From Squalus acanthias (taxonomy: Eukaryota), in NCBI GenBank assembly GCA_030390025.1, contig CM059432.1, positions 80,416,001-80,480,000 of the forward strand: a stretch of 64,000 nt of DNA. The letters run 5' to 3'. Position 1 is the first letter of the stretch. Each line of letters opens with the position of its first letter. Positions 12,696-25,206 of the stretch are shown piece by piece. A model generated the notes under the pieces. The model was not told the origin of the DNA and did no database searches. It saw only the letters and a program-made list of their open reading frames with translations. A program made the position numbers and the translations under genes.

Positions 12696-15600
12696 CATAG
12701 AATCATAGAATGGTTATAGCACGGAAGAAGGCCATTCAGCCTGTCGAGGCCGTGCCGGTTCTCTGAAAGAGCACCTCCGCTAGTCCCACTCCCCCGCCCT
12801 TTCCCCATAGCCTTGCAAATGTTTTTCTTTCAGGTACTTATCCAACTCCCTTTTGAAAGCCGTGATTGAGTCTGCCTCCACCACCCTTTCAGGCAGTGCA
12901 TTCCAGATCCAGATCTTATGTCGCCTTTGGTTCTTTTGCCAATCACCTTAAATCTGTATTCTCTGGTTCTCGATCCTTCCGCTAATGAGAACAGTTTCTC
13001 TCTATCTATTCTGTTCAGACCCCTCATGATTTTGAACTCCTCTATCAAATCTCCTCTCAATCTTCTCTGCTCTAAGGAGAACAACCCCAGCTTCTCCAGT
13101 CTATCCACGTAACTAAAGTCCCTCATCCCTGGAATCATTCTCGTAAATCTTTTCTGCACCCTCTCTGAGGCCTTCACATCCTTCCTAAAGTGCGGTGCCC
13201 AGAATTGGACACAATACTCCAGTTGAGGCTGAACCACTGTTTTATACAGGTTCATCATCATTTCCACGCTTTTGGACTCTATGGGCTGGATTTTCTCAGC
13301 CCTGAGGAGGCGGGCATGGAGGTGGGACTGCCGGTAAAGTAGCAGAAAGTGGGGGCGGATGGCAAACCCGTCCCCATCCCGCCTCCATGCCCTTTTGCCA
13401 GGAGGCGGGAAGATGTGCTGCTTCGGGTACCGTCTCCTGGAGGCGGGAAAGGGATGAAATCCTTTTAACTGCCTGCTAACAGGCAGAAAAAAGGATTAGT
13501 GCCATTTTACCTTCTCAGGTGAAGGCTTCCCAACCTCAGAGAACCCCGCCGGGTTGGAGGAGATGTGATGGAGGTCTGCGGGGGTCGGAGGGACCTGAAA
13601 GTAAGATGTAGAGGTGAGTGATGGGTGCAAGTGTGGAATGGTAAGTATGGAAGGTGAGTGTTAAGTTTTTAAAAATGTTCACTTATCTTGTTTTCTGCCT
13701 ACAGCCTTCCTGGATCGGGAGACCCGACATCTTCCTTGTCGATTTCACAGACTGGCTGTTGGATCCTCCGAACTAACAGTCATCTAAAATCTACAAAGTT
13801 GAAAGGTTTGATGAGTCCTGAACACAAGAACTCATCAAACTACAGAGAATGTCAGTGTTTGACAGCTTCACAGAGCTGTCAGACGCTGACATTTCTTCTT
13901 TCAAGAAGTCTTGACAGATAGCACGTCAGACGTTAACGTGCTCTGTCAGTGACTTCTCCCCTAATTGGCCTGCTGAGCCCGCAGGGCGGGCTTAACAAGG
14001 TCAATCAGGGGAAAATCCCTCTGGTTGGCCAGAAGATGATGGAGGCGAGACATTGACCCGACAAGCAGCAGTCCCTCCTCCCAACTCGTCTCCATTAAGA
14101 AAATCCAGCCCTATACCCCTATTCATGAAGCCCAGGATCCCGTATGCTTTTTTAACTGCTTTCTCAACCTGCCCTACCACCTTCAATGATTTGTGCACAT
14201 ATACCCCCAGGTCTCTCTGTTCATGCACCCCCTTTAGGATTGTACCCTTTAGTTTATATTTCCTCTCCTCATTCTTTCTACCAAAATGTATCACTTCACA
14301 CTTTTCTGCATTAAATTTCATCTGCCATGTGTCTGCCCATTCCACCAGCATGTCTATGTCCTCTTGAAGTCTATCACTCTCCTCACTGTTCACTATACTT
14401 CCAAGTTTTGTGCCATCTGCAAATTTTGAAATTGTGCCCTGTACACCCACAACTGAGTCATTAATATATATCAAGAAAAGCAGTGGTCCTAGTACTGACC
14501 CCTGGGGAACACCACTGTATACCTTCCTCCAGTCCGAAAAACAACCGTTCACCACTACTCTCTGTTTCCTGTCATTTAGCCAATTTCGTATCCATGCTGC
14601 CACTGTCCCCTTTATCCCATGGGCTTCAACTTTGCTGGCACTTTTTCGAACGCCTTTTGGATATCCATGTACACCACGTCAACCGCATTGCCCTCGTCAA
14701 CCCTCTCTGTTACCTCATCAAAAAACTCGATGAAGTTGGTTAAACACAATTTGCCTTTAACAAATCCGTGCTGGCTTTCTGTAATTAATCCACACTTGTC
14801 CAATTGAGTGTTAATTTTGTCCCTGATTTTTGTTTCTAAAAGCTTTCCCACTACTGAGGTTAAACTGCCCGGCCTATAGTTGGTGGGTCTATCTTTACAA
14901 CCTTTTTTGAACAAGGGTGCAACATTTGCAATTCTCCAGTCCTCTGGCACCACCCCCGTTTCTAAGGAGGATTAGAAGATTATGGCCAGTACCTCCGCGA
15001 TTTCTTCCTTCACTTCCCTCAGCATCCCAGGGTGCATCCCATCTGGTCCTGGTGACTTATCTACTTTAAGTACAGCCAGCCTTTCTAGTACTTCCTCTTA
15101 ATCAATTTTTATCCCATCCAGTATCTCCTCTACCACCTCCTTTACTATGTTTATGGCAGCATCCTCTTCCTTGGTGAAGACAGATGCAAAGTACTCATTT
15201 AGTACCTCAGCCATACCCTCTGCCTCCATGCGTAGGTCTCCTTTTTGGTCCCTAATCAGCCCCCCCCCCTTACTACACGTTTACTATTTATATCCCTATA
15301 GAAGACTTTTGTATTACCTTTTATGTTAGGTGCCATTCTATTCTCATACCCTCTCTTTGCCCCTCTTATTTTCTTTTTCACTGCTCCTCTGAACTTTTTA
15401 TATTTAGCCTGATTCTCAGATGTATTCTCGACTCGACATCTGTCCTACGCGCTCATTTGCTGCTTCATCTTACTTTCTATCTCTTTCGTCATCCAGGGAG
15501 CTCTGACTTTAGTTGCCCTGCCTTTCCCCCTAGTGGGAATGTACCTCGACAGTACCCGAAATATTACCTCTTTAAAGGCAGCCCATTGTTCCACTACAGT

Positions 15601-16230
15601 TTTGCCTGCCAATCTTTGATTCCAATTTACCCGGGCCAGATCTATTCTCATCCCACTGAAATTTGCCTTCCTCCAATTAAGCATTTTTACACTCGATTTC
15701 TACCTGTCCTTTTCCATAACTAATCTAAACCTTATGATACTATGATCACTGTTCCCTAAGTGTTCACCTATTGACACGTGTTCCACTTGGCCTACTTCAT
15801 TCCCCAGAACCAGATCCAGCAATGCCTCCTTCTTCGTTGGGCCGGAAACATACTGATCAAGAAAGTTCTCCTGAACACACTTCAGAAATTCTTCCCCATC
15901 CCTGCTCTTTACACTATTACTATCCCAGTCTATATTAGGATAGTTGAAGTCCCCCATTATTACTACTTTATAGTTCTTGCATCTCTCTGTAATTTCCTTG
16001 CAAATTTGCTCCTCCATATCTTTCCCACTATTTGGTGGTCTATAGAATATTCCTAGTAGTGTAATGGCACCTCTATTACTTCTTAACTCTAGCCATATAG
16101 ATTCTGTCCTTGACCCCTCCAGGACATCCTCTCTCTCAATACTGCCACCCCACCTCCTTTCTTTCCTTCCTTATCTTTCCTGAACACCCTATATCCAGGA
16201 ATATTTAGTACCAAATCTTGCCCTTTTTTG
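12696..16230 (-). mobile_element. CR1 LINE with endonuclease and RT remnants, interrupted by a MITE
   Basis: MGDFNYPNIDW, LDLVL, SDH (APE); GVPQGSVLGP (RT); (CATAGAAT)n tail at 12696. Confidence 0.92.
13283..14111. mobile_element. Harbinger-type MITE
   Basis: Perfect 14-bp TIR GGGCTGGATTTTCT/AGAAAATCCAGCCC and TAT/TAT TSD; cleanly splits a CR1. Confidence 0.9.
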
Positions 16231-16239
16231 AGCCTTGGC

Positions 16240-16450
16240 TGATATGATGTGGAATTTAGACACATTTCACACTTGCAGCCAGCTCCTTTGGGTAGTGTTC
16301 TCTGCATTGACATGCTGTGCCACCTCCCACAGTGCATTCTATGCTCCTTTCCTCTGACCTGTGGTACAAAAGAAGGCAATGTTCTCTGCTGCATTTGCTC
16401 AACTAAGATCTCCGTGGCCCACCTGATAGCAAAGCATCTCTGCTCCATTT
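16240..16450 (-). pseudogene. Myb/SANT-like (Harbinger ORF2-type) remnant
   Basis: Minus strand reads ATEILVEQMQQR, then in another frame ALWEVAQHVNAENTTQRSWLQV, a trihelix/Myb-SANT pattern. Confidence 0.5.
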
Positions 16451-18314
16451 TGTGGAATAAATAAATTCTCTTTGTTGATTAAAAAAAATTAGCACACATA
16501 ATGCCGTTTATGTAAGTGAATCTTATATTCAGTAAAACAATTCTGCCTGTTTCTTTTTGTTATTACAATATATAAAGTTAAATACTTTTAGTGCTCATTG
16601 AAGAATTCTTGTGCAATATTGAAGATGTTCTGTTAGCTCTTAAACTTGTTAAGTTAACATTAAAATTTTACAGATAGTTTAATGCACCATAACAAGTGCA
16701 AAGGCAAAGCAGTGTGAGACTACGTGCTCAAGATGGTCTCATGCCACTTACGTGATTTCAATTTGGGTGAATTCACACCTGAATTACACTACACAGTTTG
16801 GGTCAGTACTAGGTTGAAAGTGTTTCACATCATTATAAAATGTATAGCATAACTCAACTATACAAAAATAATAAAGATTATATTTATTTCAGAACTTATA
16901 AATCATTTTGATGAGCATATATCTGTTGTATGCAAGTTTTCTACATGTTCTGATTGCTATATAGTAATCCAGAGTTAACCCTTTCTCTTCTACAAGTCTG
17001 GTTGCAAGCGACATTTTTATCTTCCCCTTGGCATACTGCAGACACTAGGACCGTATTCAAATATCTACAGAAATCTAACGATTTGATGGCAAGAGCTGAG
17101 AGGCAAGAGATGGGGTCAGCCCCACAAAGCACTGTAGTTAAGTTGGGTTTGTCATGGAATAGATGAGAACAAACTCCCAGACAAGTGCTGTAATAACAAA
17201 TGCCGGAAAGGGAGAGTCTGAAATACACGGAAGACAACTGTTGAGAAAAAGCTCACAGGCAATTTACATTATTTAGGAAGAAGTGCATCAGCTCACAATA
17301 GACTTAAAGCAAAAACGCACACAGGTATTTGTAGATCCTATTGGTTTTTACATTAAAAAATCAAGAAAAAAATCAGTTTCTTCTGCTGTTGGGATGTTTT
17401 TGTACCGTTATGTTCTGCTTTTTAGTTTCACTGTCATGCCCAGAGATTTGTTCCATGTGTAACTCTTATATTTTTAACAGCTGTGTTATATTAGCAAAAA
17501 AATATAGTTCCACAAGTCGGAGGAACACTCGAGAAAGTCTATAACTTGTATTTTAAACATCTGGTGTGTGATACTACGTAAAATGAAAAGCCCTTAATTT
17601 TATCAAATCTATCAAATTGTAAAATTGCATTATGCAGTCATTTGTTGTACCCTGATCTTACAAAATCACATTGTCTCTCAGGACAAGACTTTACATCTGG
17701 TGAGTGGGACTTATCACCCACGATGAAAGAAATACATAAATTAAAATGTCAATATTTGACCTGAATGGTCCAAAAGGAACTAGGGAGAAATAAAATTGTT
17801 GACCAACAGAAATGCACAGGATGCAGAGGAAACAAACCATTAAAACTGACTGATGTGTGCATGTTGTGACCAATGAATATAGAACACTAATGCTAGCCTA
17901 CCGAGAGCTTCCAGCTCCCTGCCCTAATGAGAAAATACCTAAGTGGGAAAAGTTTAAGAGAGACCTAGGCAACATTTAAAATTTAATTCAAAGTCTAGAA
18001 AAGTTCAATCAAAACATAAAGTGGATTTTTATTTGCATTTGTTTCAATTGCCCAAGAAGCATTTAAACATTTTTTCAAAAAGTGACTGATAACCGTGGAA
18101 ACGTGGAGAGAACATGTACGGGACAAGAAGAAGCATCAAAAAAGAAATTCATACTTTAAAGAAATATATAAATGGTAGCTCCCCAAAATAGTAAGACATT
18201 TTATATAAATAGATGTTAGTATATAAATACTGGTGAACTAGTAGGGTCAAATGAGGGTCATGTGAGATATCTGTGGAAAATTATTTATTTCAAATAGATT
18301 CTAATTAATCTGAT

Positions 18315-18448
18315 ACAAAAGCACAATACTGTGGATGCTGGAAATCTGCAATAAAAACAGAAAATGCTGGAAATACTCAGCAGGTCAGGCAGCATCTGTG
18401 GAGAGAGAAACAGAGTTAACGTTTCAGGTTGATGACCTTTTGTCAGAA
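18315..18448 (-). mobile_element. Penelope-like element terminal fragment with hammerhead-like motif
   Basis: 14-bp TSD CTAATTAATCTGAT (18301-18314 and 18449-18462). Same sequence recurs at about 30570-30700, 48587-48787 and 56780-58872. Confidence 0.7.
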
Positions 18449-18759
18449 CTAATTAATCTGATGCTCAACATGAATTAGAAAACTGCTTTCTTCAGCCTAC
18501 ATGTAAATCAGACTCTGACCACACTGGTTATTACAGTGTTGTTCTAATGTTCTTGAATTCTATTTAGCCATTGATTTCCTGTTACTTTTAAAGAGTCTTG
18601 CTTTTTTCTTTTGTAAACTATAACAAAAGTTGTCATATCAGCTTGAGTCCATTGACATTTTATACCCACAGCATACTGATATCTACATACATGCTAAACA
18701 GCAGAAACAGCATGCTATAGACCAGGGATGAGCAATTATTTGGGCTGGAAGGCCACTTA

Positions 18760-19828
18760 AGGATACAAAGATGGGAGGGAAAGTAGTGAGTGAGGAGGAC
18801 ATAAAAAACCTGCAAGGGGACATAGACAGGCTAAGTAAGTGGGCAGAGATTTGGCAGATGGAATACAACACTGGAAAGTGTGAGGTGATGCACTTTGGCA
18901 GGAAAAATCCTAGAGCAATTTATTATCTTAATGGCAAGAAACTGGAGAGTACTGAAGTGCAAAGGGATCTGGGGGTCCTGGTGCACGAAACTCAAAAGGT
19001 TAGTATGCAGGTGCAGCAAGTGATTAAGAAGGCAAATGGAATGTTGGCTTTCATTGCTAGGGGGATAGAATATAAAAATAGGGAGGTATTGCTTCAGTTG
19101 TACAAGGTATTGGTGAGACCGCACCTGGAATACTGCATACAGTTTTGGTGTCCTTACTTAAGGAAAGACATCCTTGCTCTCGAGGCAGTGCAAAAAAGGT
19201 TCACTCGGTTAATCCCGGGGATGAGGGGGTGGTCATATGAGGAGAGGTTGGGTAGATTGGGACTCTACTCATTGGAGTTCAGAAGAATGAGAGGCGATCT
19301 TATTGAAACATATAAGATTGTGAAGGGGTTGGATCGGGTGGATGCGGGGAGGATGTTCCCGATGACGGGTGAGACTAGAACTAGGGGACATAGTCTTAGA
19401 ATAAGGGGCTGCTCTTTCAAAACTGAGATGAGGAGGAACTACTTCACTCAGAGGGTGGTAGGTCCATGGAATATGCTGCCACAAAAAGCTGTAGAAGCTA
19501 CAACATTAATTAAATTTAAAACAGAAATAGACAGTTTCCTAGAAGTAAAGGGCATTAAGGGTTACGGGGAGCGGGCAGGAATTTGGACATGAGTCTAGGT
19601 TCGGATCGGTCATGGCCCTGTGGGTAGTGGAGCGGGCCCAGGGACTGTGTAGCCTGATTCTGCTCCTATTTCGTGTGTGCAATTCTGTTAGATGCAGGAG
19701 ATGGTTCTGTGATAGATAGTAGATTGGCGGTTAGGATCAGATCAGCCATGATCTTATTGAATGGCGGAGCAGGCTCGAGGGGCCGATTGGCCTACTCCTG
19801 CTCCTATTTCTTATGTTCTTATGTTCTT
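18760..19828 (+). mobile_element. CR1 LINE (family D) 3' part, young
   Basis: Uninterrupted 273-aa ORF2 C-terminus 18771..19592; (TTCTTATG)n tail. Confidence 0.92.
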
Positions 19829-21457
19829 AACAAGCTTTGGTGAGCTGTTGAGTGCCGCACACCAATGTTCCTGTTAAGCTGCACAGCCACGCAGCAGTCT
19901 GGAGGTCCTGTGCAGGCCGCTCAGCGGTTTATAAATTCATAGCTGTATAATTAGTACAGTAATGAGCGCAATTAAATTGTTCACCAATTGCCTAATGAGC
20001 AGAGGGTGTTAAGTTAGTGAATAAATCTGTTAACTAATTTACTAATTGAGTTAGTATAAATAATCAGTGTTAAATAAATACATTTGAGAGAATTAAAATA
20101 CTAATTAGCAAACACAAATCAGTTTTGCATTAATTAGTTCGATGGTAGTGAATAACTGGTTAACAGGTATCATCCATCAGTCACCCCATCACTGGGGGTT
20201 GGGCCTGGACTGGGGGGACGGGCCTGCGCCCTCCCCGCTGCTGCACTCTCTGCTCTCCACCGGTCTAGGGGCTGCGCTGCCGTCGGTAAAAGGCCCTCCC
20301 CCGTGGGGCCGTGGCCCAATGTATCCCACAGAAGCCTGAAGACTTTCTGAAATATGGGTACAAGCGTGTGCTTTCTCTAAAATTGTCCAATGCATGGCAC
20401 ACTCTGAATAATAGTGATAATATTAAAATGGCACTCATGTTGGTTGGTCGCTGAAACAAATGATACTGAAACTATAGCTGATGTGTTCCCAATGAGGTAA
20501 TATGTCCCAAACTCCCAGAAAGTCTCTTGCAAAGTTAATCTGTCTGAAATTCTGTTCACTTTCATGGAGTGAGACACAGACTGCAGCTTTACTACATTAA
20601 TGGTCTGGGATTGATCGTTGCACTGGGAGCATCGGAGTTCTACTGTGGACTATGCATGACTACAAATCAACATTCGTGCTGGCATGAGCGCTGTGTGCAG
20701 GCATGGTTACACGTATCTGCATGGCTTGCTGCCAGAAATTAAAGTTGAAATGTTTTGAGAGTGGGCAGGAGCTCCCAAACACTCGAAGCATTAAAAAAAA
20801 TCCTTCTCCTTCAGTTTATAATATGCCCAGGTAAATGGAATCCCTCAGCACTTTTTAAACTTGGCTGGACACCACACTGGAGTTTCAATCCATACACTCT
20901 TGAGTCAGAGGGGACCCGACTTTGGAGTTACATCACCAGTGTTGCAGGGAGGCTTTTGGCAGATACAAAGGACTAAAAACAGTGGAAGCCCAAGAGGAGT
21001 ATAGAAAGTGCAGGGGGGTACTTAAAAAATAAATTAGGAGAGCGAAGAGGGGGCATGAAAAAACACTGGCGGGCAAATTAAAGGAAAATCCCAAGGTGTT
21101 TTATAAGTATATTAAGGGCAAGAGGATAACCAGGGAAAGAGTAGGGCCCATTAGGGACCAAAGTGGCAATCTGTGTGTAGAGCCGGAAGATGTAGGTGAG
21201 GTTTTAAATGAATATTTTGCATCTGTGTTCACTATGGAGAAGGGTGATGTAGGCATAGAAATCAGGCAGGGAGATTGTGATATACGTGAACAAATTAGTA
21301 TTGAGAGGGAGGAGGTACTAGTGGTTTTAGCAGGCTTAAAAGTGGATAAATCCCCAGGCCCTGACGGGATGTATCCCAGGCTGCTATGTGAGGCAAGGGA
21401 GGAGATTGCAGGGGCTCTGACACAAATTTTCAGAACCTCTCTGGCCACAGGGGAGGT

Positions 21458-21691
21458 CAAAATTGAGAGGTCGCACAACACCAGGTTATAGTCCAACAGT
21501 TTTATTTGAAATCACAAGCTTTCGGAACTATCGCTCCTTCCTCAGGTGAAGTAAATTGGATACAGAATCGTCAGAGCATATATAGATGGAAAAAAAAGCA
21601 TGTGTACTTTACAATTGCAGACCAATAAATTAAATCATCCTGACTATCTGCCGAGGTGTGATAAAGTTAATTAAGTCAGCCAGGAAGGTAC
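21458..21691 (-). mobile_element. Penelope-like terminal fragment (second family) inserted in CR1
   Basis: 10-bp TSD CAGGGGAGGT (21448-21457 and 21692-21701). Hammerhead motif followed by AATAAA on the minus strand. Confidence 0.7.
21512..21549 (-). ncRNA. Minimal type I hammerhead ribozyme motif
   Basis: UCAC-CUGAGGA-A-GGAGC-GAUA-GUUCC-GAAA-GC-UU-GUGA: CUGANGA and GAAA core, stems I and II, palindromic AAGCUU stem III. Confidence 0.65.
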
Positions 21692-22971
21692 CAGGGGAGG
21701 TGCCAGAGGACTGGAGAATAGCTAACGTAGTACCATTGTACATAGGGATAAACCAGGGAATTACAGGCCAGTGAGCCTGACATCAGTGGTAGGGAAATTA
21801 TTGGAAAAAATTCTGAGGGACAGAATTAGTCTCCACTTGGAGAGGCAGGGATTAATCAGGGATAGTCAGCATGGCTTTGTCAGGGGGAGATCATGTCTGA
21901 ACAATTTGATTGAATTTTTCGAGGGGGTGGCTAGGTGTGTGGATGAGGGTAGTGCAGTTGATGTAGTCTACATGGACTTCAGTAAGGCTTTTGACAAAAT
22001 CCCACATGGGAAACTGGTCAAGAAGGTAAGAGCCCATGGGATCCAGGGCAGTTTGGCACATTGGATCCAAAATTGGCTTAATGGCAGGAGGCAGAGGTTG
22101 ATGGTCGAAGGTTGTTTTTGTGACTGGAAGCCTGTGTCCAGTGGTGTACCGCAGGAATCGGTGCTGGGTCCTTTGTTGTTTGTAGTGTACATTAATGATT
22201 TAGATATGAATGTAGGAGGTATGATCAGTAAGTTCGCAGATGACACAAAAATTGGTGGAGTGGTAAATAGTGAGGAGGGAAGCCTTAAGCTACAGGACGA
22301 TATAGACGGGATGGTTAGATGGGCAGAACAGTGGCAAATGGAATTTAACCCTGAAAAGTGTGAGGTGATGCATTTTGGGAGGACTAACAAGGCAAGGGAA
22401 TACACAATGAATGGTAGGATCCTAGGAAGGACAGAGGATCAGAGGGACCTTGGTGTGCATGTACATAGATCCCTGAAGGCAGCAGAACAGGTAGATAAGG
22501 TGGTTAAAAAGGCATATGGGATACTTGCCTTCATTAGCCGAGGCATAGAATATAACAGCAGGGAGGTTATGATGGAGCTGTACAAAATGCTAGTTAGGCC
22601 ACAGCTGGAATACTGTGTGCAATTCTAGTCGCCACACTATAGGAGGGATGTGATTGCATTGGAGAGGGCACAGAGGAGATTCACCAGGATGTTACCTGGG
22701 CTGGAGCGCTTCAGCTACGAAGATTTGAGGGGATTTGAGGAAAAACTTTTTCACCCAGAGGGTGGTTGGAATCTGGAACTCACTGCCTGAAAGGGTGGTA
22801 GAGGCAGGAACCCTCACAACATTCAAGAAGCATTTAGATGAGCACTTGAAACGCCATAGCATACAAGGCTACGGACCAAGTGCTGGAAAATGGGATTAGA
22901 ATAGACAGGGCTTGATGGTCGGCGCGGACTCGATGGGCCGAAGGGCCTCTTTCTGTGCTGTATAACTCTAT

Positions 22972-23215
22972 GGGCTGGATTTTGTCTTGGGGTCGGGTTG
23001 GGGTCATGTTAGCCACATTTCGTGTTTCCCCCCCCGACTCCAGATTAATGTGGATGAATGATGCGATTTTCACTTAATTGGGTAATTGAGTTCCAGCATG
23101 TGGGAACCCATGAACCAATTAGTGGTTTCAGTCTGAAAGTCGCCTCTGATGATGTCATCATTGCAGGTCAGAGACTGTCTGCCTGGCTTTTGGTGTGAGA
23201 GGACATTGGATGCAA

Positions 23216-23246
<31 letters not shown>

Positions 23247-23700
23247 TCTTTTCAATCCATGTCCTCTCACAGTAAGGCCAGGCAGTCTGTGAGGACAATG
23301 CAGCAGCATCAGAGGCCACTTTCACACACAATACTATTACTCCCTTCATCACATCTCCATTGTAATAGTGGACCTGCAGCTGATAGTCAGCTATCCACTT
23401 GTGCTCCCGCCAGGTTTCACTGGAGTGTTTCACATCAGGCGTAATTCACATCGGAAAAGGATTAAACTAGCTAAAACATTTCAAAATGGCATTACAGAGC
23501 CAATTTAGAGCTTGTTAAGGGCTTTAATGGCCTCTCCTGCCTCTTGGAGGCGGGACTGAGTCGGGAACTACGCGATCGATTTTGTCAAAATTGCGTGGAG
23601 GCGGGATGGAGTCGGGATGGGGTCAGGACCCCCGACCCCGCAACTTTAACCCCCCACACGCCTCCAAACCCGACTCCACAGGTCATTGAAAATCCAGCCC
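22972..23700. mobile_element. Harbinger-type MITE containing a (GA)n microsatellite
   Basis: 12-bp TIR GGGCTGGATTTT/AAAATCCAGCCC; flanks TAT/AAT; inserted in a CR1 tail repeat. Confidence 0.85.
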
Positions 23701-23709
23701 AATGACTCT

Positions 23710-24715
23710 AACATTGCTGCAGGAGTTCCTCAGGGCAGTGTCCTAGGCCCAACCATCTTTAGTTGCATCATCAATGACCTTCCGTCCATCATAAGGTCAG
23801 AAGTAGGGATGTTCGCTGATGACTACACAGTGTTCAGTTGCATTTGCAACTCCTCAGATAATGAAGCAGTCCTAGCCCGCATGCAGCAGGACCTAGACGG
23901 CATTCTAGCTTGGGCTGATAAATGGCAAGTAACATTTGCATCACACAAGTGCCATGCAATGACCATCTCCAACAAGCGAGAGTCTAACCACTGCCACTTG
24001 ACATTCAACGGCTTACCATCGCCGAATCCCCACGATCAACATCCTGGGGGTCACCATTCACCAGAAACTTAACTGGACCAGCCACATAAATATTGTGGCT
24101 ATAAGAGCAGGTCTGAGGCTGGGTATTCTGCGACGAGTGACTCACCTCCTGACTCCCGAAATCCTTTCCGCCATCTACAAGGACCATCTACAAGGCACAA
24201 ATAAGGAGTGTGATGGAATACTCTCCACTTGCCTGGATGAGTGCAGCTCCAACAACACTCAAGAAGCTCGACACCATCCAGCACAAAGCAGCCCGCTTGA
24301 TTGGTACCCCATCCACCACCTTAAACATTCACTGCCTCCACCACTGGCGCATTGTGGCTGCAGTGTGCACCATCTACAAGGTGCACTGCAGCAACTCGCC
24401 AAGGCTTCTTCGACAGCACTTCACAAACCTCTGACCTCTACCGCCTAGAAGGACAAGGGCAGCAGGTGCATGGGAACCCCACCACCTGCAAGCTCCCCTC
24501 TAAGTCACACACCATCCTGACTTGGAAATATATCGCCGTTCCTTTATCGTCTCTGGGTCAATATCCTGGAACTCCCTCCCTAACAGCACTGTGGGAGTAC
24601 CTTCACCAGAAGGACTGCAGCGATTCAAGAAGGCAGATCACCACCACCTTCTCAAGGGAAATTATGGATGGGCAATAAATGCTGGCTCTGCCAGGCCACA
24701 TCCCATGAACTAATA
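23710..24715 (+). mobile_element. CR1-like family B, 3' fragment
   Basis: Close to 5140-6040 (GVPQGSVLGPTIFS...FADD, same tail). Confidence 0.9.
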
Positions 24716-25206
24716 AAAACAAAATCTTACAGATGTGCATTGTGAATGGCACCACGGCTCTACATGCATGAGAAGGTTGTTGGCTATGGTACCACAGAAA
24801 GGACAAATGGGTGTGTATCCTGAGATGGATTGTCCACCATTGTGGGCATTTGGAGCTGAGTGCTTCTGTCAACGATGCCTGTGCTAGCTGACAGCTGAAA
24901 TGTTACTTTTAGTAAGTAAGTAGAAGAATAAGTGCATAGCATTTTATGTGTGCACGCTTTTTTATTCATAAAGGTTTATAAGTGGCTCTCACTACTTGAA
25001 TTAAACAAAACCAATGAATATTGAATGTATTAATTTCATCCTGTCATATGTCAGCATAATTGTAGTGTGGGCTCTATGTGTGCTTAGTATGTCAATTTTA
25101 TTTTCCAATAAACATTTTATTATTACTCTTGGTTGCATCAAAATGGCTAAATGTTGCATTATTTTAATACAGTTCCTGACTGATTTAAATTTATTCTAAT
25201 ATTAAT

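Larger units (their letters stand above)
20960..22971 (+). mobile_element. CR1 LINE, 5'-truncated, with nested Penelope-like fragment and tail split by a MITE
   Basis: ORFs 21096..21491 and 21771..22628 with RT motifs. Confidence 0.92.

Noticed and set aside
19860..20400. Possible hAT-like non-autonomous element
   Set aside because: Only one candidate terminus; no matching TIR or 8-bp TSD found.
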